Assembly (NCBI GenBank): GCA_034522715.1 | Contig: JAXHLA010000001.1 | Location: 20,065-84,064, forward strand | Direction: 5' to 3' | DNA length: 64,000 bases | DNA from: Parvularculaceae bacterium | GTDB taxonomy: Bacteria > Pseudomonadota > Alphaproteobacteria > Caulobacterales > Parvularculaceae | Shown here: positions 47,009 through 56,675 of the stretch, one piece after another | How positions within the stretch are numbered: the first letter of the stretch is position 1 | How the letters are laid out: the number at the start of each line of letters is the position of its first letter | The notes under the pieces: model-generated | The model's input: only the letters and a program-made list of their open reading frames with translations | Told to the model about the DNA's origin: nothing | Databases searched by the model: none | Position numbers and translations under genes: made by a program

Positions 47009-47398
47009 GTGGCTCATCCGATCGATCTTCACGTGGGCCACCGTGTCCGCCAGCGCCGCCGTCTTATCGGCATGACACAGCAGGCGCTTGCAGAGGCGGT
47101 GAATATCCGCTTCCAGCAAATTCAAAAATATGAAAGCGGCGCCAATCGCATCTCTGCCTCGCGCCTGTGGTCGCTAGCGCGGGCGCTGCGCGTGCCGGTC
47201 GCCTATTTCTACGAAGGCCTTTCTGACGAGCCTTTGATCGCCGTCGAATCGTCGAACGGCGATCACGGCGCGACGCTGGAGGGTGATCCGTTCCGGAACA
47301 ACGATACGATCGCGCTTGTGCGCGCCTTCTATACCCTTAACGCCGAGCCGAGGCAGCGACTACTTGATCTTGCGCGGGCGATGTCCGGCGAGTCCTGA
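47009..47398 (+). CDS. XRE-family helix-turn-helix transcriptional regulator
   Basis: IDLHVGHRVRQRRRLIGMTQQALAEAVNIRFQQIQKYESGANRISASRLWSLARAL. GTG 47009 lies 10 nt after GGGAG. The upstream part of track ORF 46736.. overlaps the GT4 gene. Confidence 0.75.
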   Translation: MAHPIDLHVGHRVRQRRRLIGMTQQALAEAVNIRFQQIQKYESGANRISASRLWSLARALRVPVAYFYEGLSDEPLIAVESSNGDHGATLEGDPFRNNDTIALVRAFYTLNAEPRQRLLDLARAMSGES

Positions 47399-47441
47399 TC
47401 CGGCTTGAAATGGCGCCGCCGCGGCGACACTCTGCGCGGCG

Positions 47442-48260
47442 ATGACCATTGAGCCTCTTGACGACTATGCAGCGTTCGCCGGGCGGCTTGCCGACGCCGC
47501 GCGCGCCGAAACGCTTCCGCGCTTTCGCGCCAAGACGGAAATCCACAACAAGGTAGGCGTCTCGTTCGACCCTGTGACCGACGCCGATCGCGAAGCCGAG
47601 CGCGCACAGCGGCGCATGATCGCGGCGGTCTATCCCCATCACGGCGTCATTGGCGAGGAATTCGGCAAGGAACGTCCTGACGCAGAATGGCGCTGGGTCC
47701 TCGATCCTGTCGATGGCACCAGGGCCTTCATCTGCGGCGCGACGACCTGGGCGACGCTGATTGCGCTCGAAAAAAGCAAGACGCCTGTCCTCGGCCTGAT
47801 CGATCAGCCGTTTACGGACGAGCGGTGGATTGGCCGGGCGGGCGCCCGCACGGTCTATACGCGCGGCGGCGCTGTGATCGAATGTGCGGTGAGCGGCGTC
47901 AACGCGTTATCGCATGCGAGGGTGTCGACGACGGATCCGCGCCGCGACGGCTATATGACCGGCGATGAAGTCGAGGCGTTCTCCGCGGTCGCCGCGAAGG
48001 CGCGTGTCGCCCGGTTCAGCCTCGACGCCTACGCCTATGGGTTGCTGGCGCTTGGCGAGGTCGACCTCGTCATTGAATCGAGTCTCAATCACCATGATTA
48101 TGCCGCGCTTATTCCAGTCGTTGAAGGCGCGGGCGGCGTCGTTACCGGCTGGAAGGGCGAAAGCGTTCATGAAAGCGAGCGCGGGCGCGTGATCGCCTCA
48201 GCCGGACCTGCGTTGCACGAGGCGGCGCTCAAAATCCTTCAAGCCGCCATGCCACGCTGA
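47442..48260 (+). CDS. Inositol monophosphatase family protein (probably HisN-type histidinol-phosphatase)
   Basis: IGEEFG, WVLDPVDGTRAFI and the C-terminal DYAAL region of the IMPase fold. Confidence 0.85.
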   Translation: MTIEPLDDYAAFAGRLADAARAETLPRFRAKTEIHNKVGVSFDPVTDADREAERAQRRMIAAVYPHHGVIGEEFGKERPDAEWRWVLDPVDGTRAFICGATTWATLIALEKSKTPVLGLIDQPFTDERWIGRAGARTVYTRGGAVIECAVSGVNALSHARVSTTDPRRDGYMTGDEVEAFSAVAAKARVARFSLDAYAYGLLALGEVDLVIESSLNHHDYAALIPVVEGAGGVVTGWKGESVHESERGRVIASAGPALHEAALKILQAAMPR

Positions 48261-48263
48261 CAC

Positions 48264-48773
48264 TTACGCCGCGCGAAGTTTCTTGAGAACCAGCGATTTC
48301 TTTCGGCCGCCGTTTTCCGTTGCATCGATCGACCCAAGCCCGGCGCGTCCCATAATGTCGCGGGCCAGCATCGGCCCTTCGGACCGGAAGACTGTTTTGC
48401 CGTCATCGTCGACATAGATGACGAAAAAGCCTTCTTCCGCGTCCATCGCATGACGCAGCAGCGAAGCATCGAGCCACTGCATCGGCTCGCCATTCTTGCG
48501 CGGCCGGTTTTGTCCGTAGACTTCGATGACGGAGACGTCAGCGCCGATCAGCGCGGCGACCGCCGGCTTCAATAGCCGGCGCTGAATCCGGCAGGCATGA
48601 GCGTTTGCCGCGGGTCCGATGACAAAAAGCGTGCGCTTGGGCGAAAAGCGTTTGGGTTCGGCGTCCTTGATCGCCGCCTTGATCGTGGCGACGGGCGCAG
48701 GATCGTACGACGCGAACCAGGCGGCGACGCCGAAAATAAGACAGACAGCGACGATGAGCAGCGTAAGGCCCAT
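48264..48773 (-). CDS. DUF4174 domain protein (membrane-anchored)
   Basis: N-terminal TM helix. RTLFVIGPAA...RIQRRLL...FFVIYVDDDGKTVFRSEGP resembles DUF4174. Confidence 0.7.
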   Translation of the reverse strand: MGLTLLIVAVCLIFGVAAWFASYDPAPVATIKAAIKDAEPKRFSPKRTLFVIGPAANAHACRIQRRLLKPAVAALIGADVSVIEVYGQNRPRKNGEPMQWLDASLLRHAMDAEEGFFVIYVDDDGKTVFRSEGPMLARDIMGRAGLGSIDATENGGRKKSLVLKKLRAA

Positions 48774-48849
48774 AATGGATGAAGCTAGCCGTCCCTTGTT
48801 GACGCCGCGTTAAGAATTTTTCCCCGGAAAGCCATACCGGGACGGTCGT

Positions 48850-49821
48850 TCAAAACAAGCCGGCGTTGAGACCGCGCCGCCACGCGATGGTTCGGGCGAC
48901 ACCTTCGGCGAGCGTCACTTTCGGTGCGTAACCGAGAAGGGATCGCGCCTTCGAAATGTCAGCCCAAGTGCGCTCGACATCGCCTTTCTGCATTCCCTTG
49001 TAGACTTTCCGGGCCTCGATCCCAAGCTCCTTTTCAAGGAGCGAGACGAGGGTCATCAGCTCTTCGGGCCGGTCGTTGCCAAGGTTGAAGACGCGGTGGA
49101 ACGCCTCAGCCACGCCTGGCGGCCGCGCCCCTGCGCGCAAGACGCCGTCGACGATGTCGTCAACATAAGTGAAATCCCGGCCCATACGGCCTTCGTTGAA
49201 AATCTCGATCGGTTCGCCCCTCAGCATCTTCTCGGTGAAGATCAGATAGGCCATGTCAGGCCGGCCCCAGGGTCCGTATACGGTGAAAAACCGCAAGCCC
49301 GTCATCGGCATGGAATAAAGGCGCGCATAGGCCGAAGACATCGCCTCATCAGCCTTCTTGGTGGCGCCGTAGAATGATACCGGCTCATCGACGCGGTCTT
49401 CCTCGGAAAAAGGGACCTTTTTGTTCGCGCCGTAGACGGATGATGACGAAGCGTAAACGAGGTGCGGGATCTTTAGCGCGCGCCCCAGCTCCATCACTGA
49501 CAAATGACCCTCAAGGTTTGAGCGCGAATAGGCGAAGGGGTTCTCGATCGAATACCGAACGCCCGCTTGTGCGGCGAGATGGACGATGAGGTCGAACGAT
49601 CCGCTCGCGGCGCGCTTCAAACCCTCGTGATCGGCGATGTCGATTTCGTGGAAGGTGAAGCCGCGCATCGGCGCCAGCCGATCCAGGCGCGCCCGTTTTA
49701 ACGGCGTCGGATAGTAATCATTAACATTATCGACGCCGACGACCTCGTCGCCGCGCGCCAGCAAGGCTTCGCTTGTCGCCGCGCCGATAAAGCCGGCCGC
49801 ACCGGTGACCAGGACCCGCAT
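48850..49821 (-). CDS. NAD-dependent epimerase/dehydratase (UDP-glucuronate 4-epimerase-like)
   Basis: MRVLVTGAAGFIG, ASSSSVYG, YGATKKADE (YxxxK), RFFTVYGPWGRPDMA. Confidence 0.9.
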   Translation of the reverse strand: MRVLVTGAAGFIGAATSEALLARGDEVVGVDNVNDYYPTPLKRARLDRLAPMRGFTFHEIDIADHEGLKRAASGSFDLIVHLAAQAGVRYSIENPFAYSRSNLEGHLSVMELGRALKIPHLVYASSSSVYGANKKVPFSEEDRVDEPVSFYGATKKADEAMSSAYARLYSMPMTGLRFFTVYGPWGRPDMAYLIFTEKMLRGEPIEIFNEGRMGRDFTYVDDIVDGVLRAGARPPGVAEAFHRVFNLGNDRPEELMTLVSLLEKELGIEARKVYKGMQKGDVERTWADISKARSLLGYAPKVTLAEGVARTIAWRRGLNAGLF

Positions 49822-49842
49822 CGCTCTCCCGCTCGAGCATCA

Positions 49843-51201
49843 TCAATTTTTTCGGAGGACGTCATCGTAAAGCCCCTCCGGCAATGAGTGTCGTCTATGC
49901 AACATCAGCGCCGCAATGGCCAGCATGGCGACGGCGATCGCCGGAAAGACAAACGATGGATCGACGCTGCCGCTTGTGAACGCGAAGGCCGAAAGCGATC
50001 CCGGAATGGCGAAGGCGGCGTTGATGAACGCGCCGGCCGCCATGATGCGCGCCCGGTAAGCCGGCGGCGCACGCCGCTGCACGGCCGCCTGTAACGGTGC
50101 GATGTAAACACCCATCATCGCTGACGTCGTCATGAAAAGGAGGGACAGAATGACGCCGGACGGCGTCGTCACCAGCGCCGCAGCCTTCAGCGTTTCCCCT
50201 TCCGGCGCAGCGGCGAATGGCGAAAAGAAATAAACCAGAAGGCTCATGAGGCCGGCCGCGCCGACGGCGAAAGTCGAAAAGCCAAGGCCCGACCGTCCTT
50301 TCGCAAGACCCGCGGCGAAGATCGCGCCAATCCCGGCCCCGATTGCGAAGAGCCCGTTCAGCGCCGTCGCCGTCAACGCGTCCGCGTTGAGCGAGTCGCG
50401 CGCGTAGAGAGGGGTGATGACCGTCACCGCCGTTGATAGCAAAAAGAAGACGCCAACGCCGAGCAAGGGCGGCGCAACGCCGCGCGATTCTTTCACGAGC
50501 CTTGCCATCCACGCTATTTGCGCGAACCAGTTGAACGAAATTTTGAGATCAGGATCGTTGGCCCCGGCGCGCAAGGTTTTCAACGATGCAAGCCAGCCGA
50601 GCGTCGAGGCGGTGACGAGGACAGCCGCCACCTTGGCGCCGCCGCCCTCTGTGGTGATGAGCGAGCCGCCGACCATGTAGCCGACAAGGATGAAGCTATA
50701 GAGCCCGGCGTTGCAAAGGCCGTTGCCGCGAATAAGTTCGTCGACCGCAAGATATTTCGGCATCGCGCCGGTTCTGACGGGCGAGAAAAACGCCGACTGC
50801 GCGCCCATCGCGAATAGCATCGCGATTGCAAGCCCGCCGAGATTGAGCATGAACGCGGCGGCGGCGCACAGCATCAGCAGGACTTCAACGAACTTCGTGC
50901 GCCGGAACATCATCGACGTTTCGTATTTGTCGGCGATTTGCCCCGACAACGGCGTAAAGACCATGATCGCGAGCGGTAAAAGCGCGCCAATCAGCGGAAT
51001 TGAATTATCGGCGCCGCCGAACATCGGCGCCGCGATGACGCCATAGGAAATGCCGATCAGCAGCGATTGCCGCAACACATTGTCTGAGAAGGTGCCAAGC
51101 GTCAGCGCCGCCCACATCGGCCAGAACCGCCGTTGCAGGACCAGCGGCGGCTGGCGCGTCTTCGGCGCGGGGTGACCAGCTTCAGCGCGCATGCGCAACA
51201 T
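49843..51201 (-). CDS. MFS transporter, lysophospholipid transporter (LplT)-like
   Basis: 12 TM helices. FWPMWAALTLGTFSDNVLRQ N-terminus as in LplT. Start at ATG 51201 or 51192; both overlap the 3' end of the upstream acyltransferase gene. Confidence 0.78.
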   Translation of the reverse strand: MLRMRAEAGHPAPKTRQPPLVLQRRFWPMWAALTLGTFSDNVLRQSLLIGISYGVIAAPMFGGADNSIPLIGALLPLAIMVFTPLSGQIADKYETSMMFRRTKFVEVLLMLCAAAAFMLNLGGLAIAMLFAMGAQSAFFSPVRTGAMPKYLAVDELIRGNGLCNAGLYSFILVGYMVGGSLITTEGGGAKVAAVLVTASTLGWLASLKTLRAGANDPDLKISFNWFAQIAWMARLVKESRGVAPPLLGVGVFFLLSTAVTVITPLYARDSLNADALTATALNGLFAIGAGIGAIFAAGLAKGRSGLGFSTFAVGAAGLMSLLVYFFSPFAAAPEGETLKAAALVTTPSGVILSLLFMTTSAMMGVYIAPLQAAVQRRAPPAYRARIMAAGAFINAAFAIPGSLSAFAFTSGSVDPSFVFPAIAVAMLAIAALMLHRRHSLPEGLYDDVLRKN

Positions 51202-51943
51202 GCGGATCGGGAAGCGGCGGCGGCAGGATCTCGGGCGCAACCTCGCCAATGAGCTCAAGCGAGCGCTTTTCGATCGCGGCTTCAAGGCGGGCCATGAATT
51301 CTTCCTTCTCCAGCCCTGGCGGCAGGGGGTCCAGGAACTCGATCACCGCCTCGCCCGGCGTCAATCGCCACGATTGCTGCGGCCAGTAAAGACCGAGATT
51401 GGTGGCGACGGGCGCGGCCGGACAATTATAAGCGGCATACATGTGATAGACGCCGCGCTTGTAGCGATAGCGCTCGCCGACCGGGGACAAGTGGCCTTCC
51501 GGGTAAATCAGGATCCGCCGGCCATGCGCCTGTGCGTTCTTGAGCTCCTCATCGACGAGGCGCGCACGCGCGTAGGCCCCGCCGCAGTTATCGACAATGA
51601 TTGCACCCATTTTGCGCAGGATGCCGCCGAGAAGCGGAAATTTCTCGAGATGGTCGCCGGTGACGAAAGCGAGATCATCAAGCTCCGAGAACATGATGAA
51701 GCCGTCCCCCCAGCTTTGATGCTTGGCCGCGATGATGCACGGGCCCGAGGGAAGCTTTTCACGGCCCCGCACGACGACCTTGATCCCGGCGATCGTCCGC
51801 ATCCAGAATTTCATTGTCCTTGTGTAAAGCCGGATCCAGGCCATCGTCGGCGCACGGCTGGGCACGAAGAGCAGTGGGATCGCCGTCAGCGTGAAGAACA
51901 GCGACGTGATCCAGTAGGCGATCTGGAAGAGAATGCTGCGCAT
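51182..51943 (-). CDS. 1-acyl-sn-glycerol-3-phosphate (lysophospholipid) acyltransferase, PlsC family
   Basis: AAKHQSWGD (HX4D), FVTGD, IYPEGH motifs. N-terminal TM helix. Confidence 0.85.
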   Translation of the reverse strand: MRSILFQIAYWITSLFFTLTAIPLLFVPSRAPTMAWIRLYTRTMKFWMRTIAGIKVVVRGREKLPSGPCIIAAKHQSWGDGFIMFSELDDLAFVTGDHLEKFPLLGGILRKMGAIIVDNCGGAYARARLVDEELKNAQAHGRRILIYPEGHLSPVGERYRYKRGVYHMYAAYNCPAAPVATNLGLYWPQQSWRLTPGEAVIEFLDPLPPGLEKEEFMARLEAAIEKRSLELIGEVAPEILPPPLPDPHVAHAR

Positions 51944-51974
51944 TCGAAATTGTCTCCGGATAAAAGGGGAGCGG

Positions 51975-52595
51975 TCAGGCTTTTACGGCAAGCGCGGCGA
52001 GCGCCGCAGCGACCATATTGTCCACATAATCCGATAATGGACCTTGAAGCCGCCCGTAGGAAATCTGCAGGGCTGTCTGCAAAACGATGCCCAAGGCGAT
52101 ACCGGCGGCGAGCGCCGGGTCCCAGCGTGGTATTTCGCGCCGTTTGACCGCGCCAGCGATAATGTCCTCGACGGCGGCGACTGGGTTGTCGATCCCTTCA
52201 GGCGTCGGCATGAACCGGTGCGCATAAAGAAGATGAAACTTGAACAGCGGAAAGTCGGCGTCAGCTGTCGCGCAATAGGCCTCGACGATCGCGCGGGCTT
52301 GCGCGGCGAAGTCTGGTTTTCTGGACGCCGCCTCTCGGACGAGGCTTGCAAGGCGGCCATGGATTTCAAGAAAGATCGCGCTGGCGAGTTCGTCCTTGCC
52401 GTCGAAATGACGGTAGATCGCGCCTTCAGAAACGCCTGCCGCAGCGGCGATGTCGCGCGTCGTCGCCGCATCAACGCCGCGCGCGACAAAGAGGTCGAGC
52501 GCTGCGCGCTCGATCCGCGCCCGGGTCGATCGCGCGCCAGCCGTGACCCCTCTGGGGTAAGCCTTCTCAGTTTCCGGCGGCCTAACGGTGTCCAT
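51975..52595 (-). CDS. TetR/AcrR family transcriptional regulator
   Basis: RARIERAALDLFVARGVDAATTRDIAAAAGVSEGAIYRHF HTH. GAGGG RBS before ATG 52595. Confidence 0.85.
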   Translation of the reverse strand: MDTVRPPETEKAYPRGVTAGARSTRARIERAALDLFVARGVDAATTRDIAAAAGVSEGAIYRHFDGKDELASAIFLEIHGRLASLVREAASRKPDFAAQARAIVEAYCATADADFPLFKFHLLYAHRFMPTPEGIDNPVAAVEDIIAGAVKRREIPRWDPALAAGIALGIVLQTALQISYGRLQGPLSDYVDNMVAAALAALAVKA

Positions 52596-52613
52596 AGGAG
52601 CCCTCAATAGTAA

Positions 52614-52625
52614 GTGAGCGCTCAC
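52614..52625. promoter_or_regulatory. Perfect 12-bp palindrome GTGAGCGCTCAC in the TetR/USP divergent intergenic region (candidate operator)
   Basis: Read directly from the sequence. Lies 19 nt upstream of the TetR start codon. Confidence 0.4.
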
Positions 52626-52751
52626 ATACTTGAGTCGCCGAACCCGATTGTCAAGCGGGATCAGGCAAAAGTCGCCGGAAATCCTTGAATCGGAGGAATT
52701 TGGCTCCATATAAGAAAATATGCTTCACCGTAGTCCACGGAGACCCGGTCG

Positions 52752-53576
52752 ATGCCCATAAAGAAGATTTCAGTCCCAATTCAAAACGCAATTTCTGGCG
52801 GAGCGGCATTAAAGGCGGCCCTCGTGCTCGCTGAGCGGCATCACGCCTATGTCAGCGCCTCGCATATCCGCCAACTGCCGGTTCTGCCGATCGAGGGCCA
52901 TCATCCGCTCGGCGTCGTGATGATGGATGATCATATCGCCGAGCTGAAAAAGGCAGCCGACGAACAAGCGCTCGCGCTCAAAGAAATGGTGGCGGTCATA
53001 CTGACGGCGGCGCCAGCACTTGGTGGGTGGAGCGAGCGCGAAGGATTGCTTCCGCAAGATGTCTCGATCGACGCGCGTGTGGCCGACATGGTGATATTCG
53101 CAAAATGCGCGAACGCTCCCGCCGAAGATCAATCCGCGCTGATCGAAGAAGCAATCTTTCAATCCGGCGGGCCCATTCTTGTCGTTCCAGAGAACGCTTT
53201 CGACGCGCCGCCGCAAAGAATCATGATCGCTTGGAACGGATCACGCGAGGCGGCGCGGGCGCTTTCCGCGGCGCTGCCCTTGCTGAAGGACGCATCGGCG
53301 GTCGCGATCATTTCTTTTGGCGCATCGCTCTCCGGAGCGCCAGATGCCTCTGCGGCTGCGGCGTTTCTGAAATTGCACGGCGTCGCCGCAGAAACGCGGA
53401 CAAAGCCCCGAAGCGAGCGCGACGGCGAACACTTTCTGGCGGAGGCGGCTGCCTGGGGCGCCGACCTCGCTGTCATGGGCGCTTACTCGCATCCGAGATG
53501 GCGCCAAATTGTTCTCGGCGGGTTCACACGCGACATGCTCAAACAGTCGGCCCTGCCGGTCATGATGGCGCACTGA
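52752..53576 (+). CDS. Universal stress protein (tandem UspA domains)
   Basis: Two USP-like halves. The second carries ...DLAVMGAYSHPRWRQIVLGGFTRDML. Confidence 0.8.
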   Translation: MPIKKISVPIQNAISGGAALKAALVLAERHHAYVSASHIRQLPVLPIEGHHPLGVVMMDDHIAELKKAADEQALALKEMVAVILTAAPALGGWSEREGLLPQDVSIDARVADMVIFAKCANAPAEDQSALIEEAIFQSGGPILVVPENAFDAPPQRIMIAWNGSREAARALSAALPLLKDASAVAIISFGASLSGAPDASAAAAFLKLHGVAAETRTKPRSERDGEHFLAEAAAWGADLAVMGAYSHPRWRQIVLGGFTRDMLKQSALPVMMAH

Positions 53577-53621
53577 GCCTTTTCGTGGACCTGGCGCCGG
53601 AAATCTGATCCTCTTTTGCCC

Positions 53622-54038
53622 ATGATCGACGTCGTCCGGTTCATGCTCGAGATCCGCGTCTATTATGAAGACACGGACTTTTCAGGCGTTGTTTACCATG
53701 CGCGCCATCTTCATTTTTTTGAGCGAGGCCGGACAGAGGCTCTGCGCGCGTGCGGGGTTTCGCATTCCGAACTGCTGGCGCGCGCCGAGCCGCTGGCCTT
53801 CGCTGTGCGGCGCATGACGATTGACTGGCTGGCCCCCGCGCGGATCGACGATCTTCTTTGCGTGGTGACCAGTTTCAGCGAGGTGCGCGGCGCCAGAATG
53901 GCGATCGCGCAGGAAATCCGGCGCGGCGACACGCTCATCGCGACCGCTGATGTCGAAGCGGCCTGCATGTCACTCGACGGCCGCCCACGGCGGCTGCCGC
54001 CGGTTGTCGCTGAAAGATTGTCGCCCGCGCGCGCGTGA
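53622..54038 (+). CDS. ybgC: Tol-Pal-associated acyl-CoA thioesterase
   Basis: 4HBT hot-dog motif IRVYYEDTDFSGVVYHARHLHFFERGRTE. Track start 53616 is TTG. Confidence 0.85.
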   Translation: MIDVVRFMLEIRVYYEDTDFSGVVYHARHLHFFERGRTEALRACGVSHSELLARAEPLAFAVRRMTIDWLAPARIDDLLCVVTSFSEVRGARMAIAQEIRRGDTLIATADVEAACMSLDGRPRRLPPVVAERLSPARA

Positions 54039-54106
54039 CGCGGCGCGCTTGAAGAAATCTTAACGCCGCATTCCTAAACAAGGCGCGTCCTCCGCCGAAA
54101 GCGCCG

Positions 54107-55255
54107 ATGCCGGCTCCTCCCCGAACCATTGAAGACGCGTGGCGCGCCTCGAAATCGGTGGGCGATAATTTCGGCGCCATCCGCTTCGCTGCGGCGACGC
54201 TCGTCATCTTTTCCCATGCGTTCGAAATGGGCGCCGGTTCACGCGCCGACGAGCCGTTAGAGCGGTTGTCGGGCCAGATCAGCTTTGGCGAGGCCGCCGT
54301 CCTCGTATTCTTCGCCGTCAGCGGCTTTTTGATCGCGAAAAGCTGGACGTCGGATCCTCACCTGCGGCGGTTCGCGCGCAAACGCGCCTTGAGAATCATG
54401 CCGGCGCTGTTGTTTTGCGTCAGCGTGATAGGGCTGGTCGCCGGGCCCCTTCTCACGGTTCTTCCGGTGGCGGAATATTTCGTCAGGATACAGACAGCAT
54501 GCTTTCTCCTTAACGCAGCCCTGATATCGCGCTGCGCGTCGCTGCCGGGAGTATTCGAGGGAACGGCGATCAACGCGCCGTTATGGACGCTGGCGTTTGA
54601 AGCGTCCTGTTACGCCCTGATCGCCCTTCTGGGGGTCATGCGCGCGCTGCGCCCCGGCGTCTGCGCCGGGTTGGCCCTTGCGCTGATCTGCGCGCTCGGT
54701 CCGTTGGCGCAATCGGCGCCGGGCTCATACGCGTTCAAGTTCGCCTTGCTCGCGCCGGCCTTCTTGATGGGCGCGGCAGCGGCGATGGCTGCCGGACGCA
54801 TCCCGCTGAACGGCAGGCTGGCGGCGCTTTGCGCCGTCCTCCTCGGCGGCAGCGTATTCTGGGGCGACTTGACGATCGCGTTCGCCCTTAGCGGTGTCTA
54901 CCTCGTGATCTGGCTCGCTTTCGCACCGCTCGGCGCTTGGGCCTGCAGCGTCGGCCGGCGCGACGATTACTCCTACGGGCTCTACCTGTGGGGGTGGCCT
55001 GTGCAAATGACGATCGCAGCAGCGATAGGCGGCGGTGCGGCGATCAACTTTGCGTTGAGCTTCCCCATCGCCCTGTGTTTTGCCGTCGCGAGCTGGCGCC
55101 TTGTGGAAAAGCCCGCGATCGCGGCAAAAGTCGCGACTTTGGCGCCAAAACGAGTGATACCGATGGCGGTTGGCGACTCCTGCCTCCGAAGCGGAGGGCG
55201 ACGCTTGGCGGCTTCGGCTGAAGCCGCTGAGGAAATGGTAAATCCTGCCGGCTGA
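54107..55255 (+). CDS. Acyltransferase family 3 (OafA/NolL-type membrane O-acyltransferase), copy 1
   Basis: FGAIRFAAATLVIFSHAF...VFFAVSGFLIAKSW...FARKRALRIMPAL. About 10 TM helices. Confidence 0.8.
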   Translation: MPAPPRTIEDAWRASKSVGDNFGAIRFAAATLVIFSHAFEMGAGSRADEPLERLSGQISFGEAAVLVFFAVSGFLIAKSWTSDPHLRRFARKRALRIMPALLFCVSVIGLVAGPLLTVLPVAEYFVRIQTACFLLNAALISRCASLPGVFEGTAINAPLWTLAFEASCYALIALLGVMRALRPGVCAGLALALICALGPLAQSAPGSYAFKFALLAPAFLMGAAAAMAAGRIPLNGRLAALCAVLLGGSVFWGDLTIAFALSGVYLVIWLAFAPLGAWACSVGRRDDYSYGLYLWGWPVQMTIAAAIGGGAAINFALSFPIALCFAVASWRLVEKPAIAAKVATLAPKRVIPMAVGDSCLRSGGRRLAASAEAAEEMVNPAG

Positions 55256-55359
55256 AATTCCGGGCCGCTTGGCGCCTGGCAAGGGACAATTCGGGCGCCA
55301 GACGTTAAGCTTCGCCGGCGTAGATACGCGTTCGAGAGAACGCAAGGTCCCAAACCCCC

Positions 55360-56517
55360 ATGCTGGCGGCACGTCCCGGAAGCGAGGGCCTGACGCTCGC
55401 CGCAGCGCTTGAGCGGAACAGCGGGCGAGGCGCGAATTTTGACGCCATTCGCCTCTTCGCGGCAATGCTCGTCATGTTCTCCCACGCCTTCATTGTCTCG
55501 ACCGGCCAGCATGAAAGGAATTTCCTGCCAACGGCGGCGGGCGGCGTCGGCTTTGGCGAGATCGCTGTCTTCATCTTTTTCGCAACGAGCGGGTTTCTGG
55601 TCGCGCGCAGCTGGCTGAACGATCCGCATGCGGGGCGGTTTTTCCGGAAGAGGGCGCTGCGTATTTTTCCTGCTCTCGCCTTCACCGTCCTTATGCTGAC
55701 CTTTGTCGCCGGGCCGTTGCTGACGACGGCGCCGCTGGCGGACTACTTCATGGCGCGCGAGACCTGGGCCTTCGTCGGCAACATCCTCTTTCAATCGCAG
55801 CACGGCACATTGCCGGGCGTCTTTGAGACAGCGCCCTTCGCGGGCCGCGTTGACCAGTCTTTGTGGACCCTTGGCTTTGAAGCCGTCTGCTACGCCGCCG
55901 TCGCCATTCTCGGCGCGTTGAGGCTGTTAGGATCGCGCTCGCTCCTTGTCCTCGCTTTCGTATTGTTGGTCGCAGGCATGACGCCGGGCTTGCGGCAGTC
56001 AGGCGATCTCGGCGACGCGGCATTCAAGCTCACGCTCCTCGCGCCGCATTTCCTGATCGGGGCGGCGGCGGCGATCGCCGCGAACCGGATTGTCCTTGAC
56101 GCACGCATCGCCCTCGCCGCCGCCGGCGCGCTTGTCCTCTCGTTCCTGTTTGGCGGGTTCTTGATCGTCTTCGCGCTGGCTGGCAGCTATCTGGTTCTGT
56201 TCCTTGGCTGTTCGCGGCTTGGCGCCCTCAGGCATGCGGGCCGCTTCGGCGATCTTTCCTACGGGGTTTTCCTGTGGGGGTGGCCGATCCAGCAGCTCGT
56301 CGAAACTACAGCCCCGGCGCTTGGTCCCATCGGGAATTTTTTGATCGCGCTGCCGGTCGCGCTCGCCGCCGCCGCCGTCAGCTGGCGGTTGGTTGAGCAG
56401 CCAGCCCTCGCGCTCAAGGACCGAGGCGCCGAAACCGAAACGGCCCAACTGGAGAGCGAGGCTGGCATCCCGAGAGGTGATGCCGGCAGGCTTTGCGCAT
56501 CCGGCGGAAGCCGCTAA
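55360..56517 (+). CDS. Acyltransferase family 3, copy 2 (paralog of 54107..55255)
   Basis: FDAIRLFAAMLVMFSHAF...IFFATSGFLVARSW...FFRKRALRIFPAL. Colinear with copy 1 along its length. Confidence 0.8.
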   Translation: MLAARPGSEGLTLAAALERNSGRGANFDAIRLFAAMLVMFSHAFIVSTGQHERNFLPTAAGGVGFGEIAVFIFFATSGFLVARSWLNDPHAGRFFRKRALRIFPALAFTVLMLTFVAGPLLTTAPLADYFMARETWAFVGNILFQSQHGTLPGVFETAPFAGRVDQSLWTLGFEAVCYAAVAILGALRLLGSRSLLVLAFVLLVAGMTPGLRQSGDLGDAAFKLTLLAPHFLIGAAAAIAANRIVLDARIALAAAGALVLSFLFGGFLIVFALAGSYLVLFLGCSRLGALRHAGRFGDLSYGVFLWGWPIQQLVETTAPALGPIGNFLIALPVALAAAAVSWRLVEQPALALKDRGAETETAQLESEAGIPRGDAGRLCASGGSR

Positions 56518-56675
56518 GGAAACTCGACAAAAGAACCAGAGGGCGGCGGCGGCGCGCCCTTTTACGGGTTGGCCGTCATCGGAACGCCGCAAACTTGCCG
56601 CAAGGGTTGTCTCTCAAGGATCCGGCCCGATTGGGGATTAGTTTTCAAGTTCAACGTCCAGGGAATCAAAGATCG

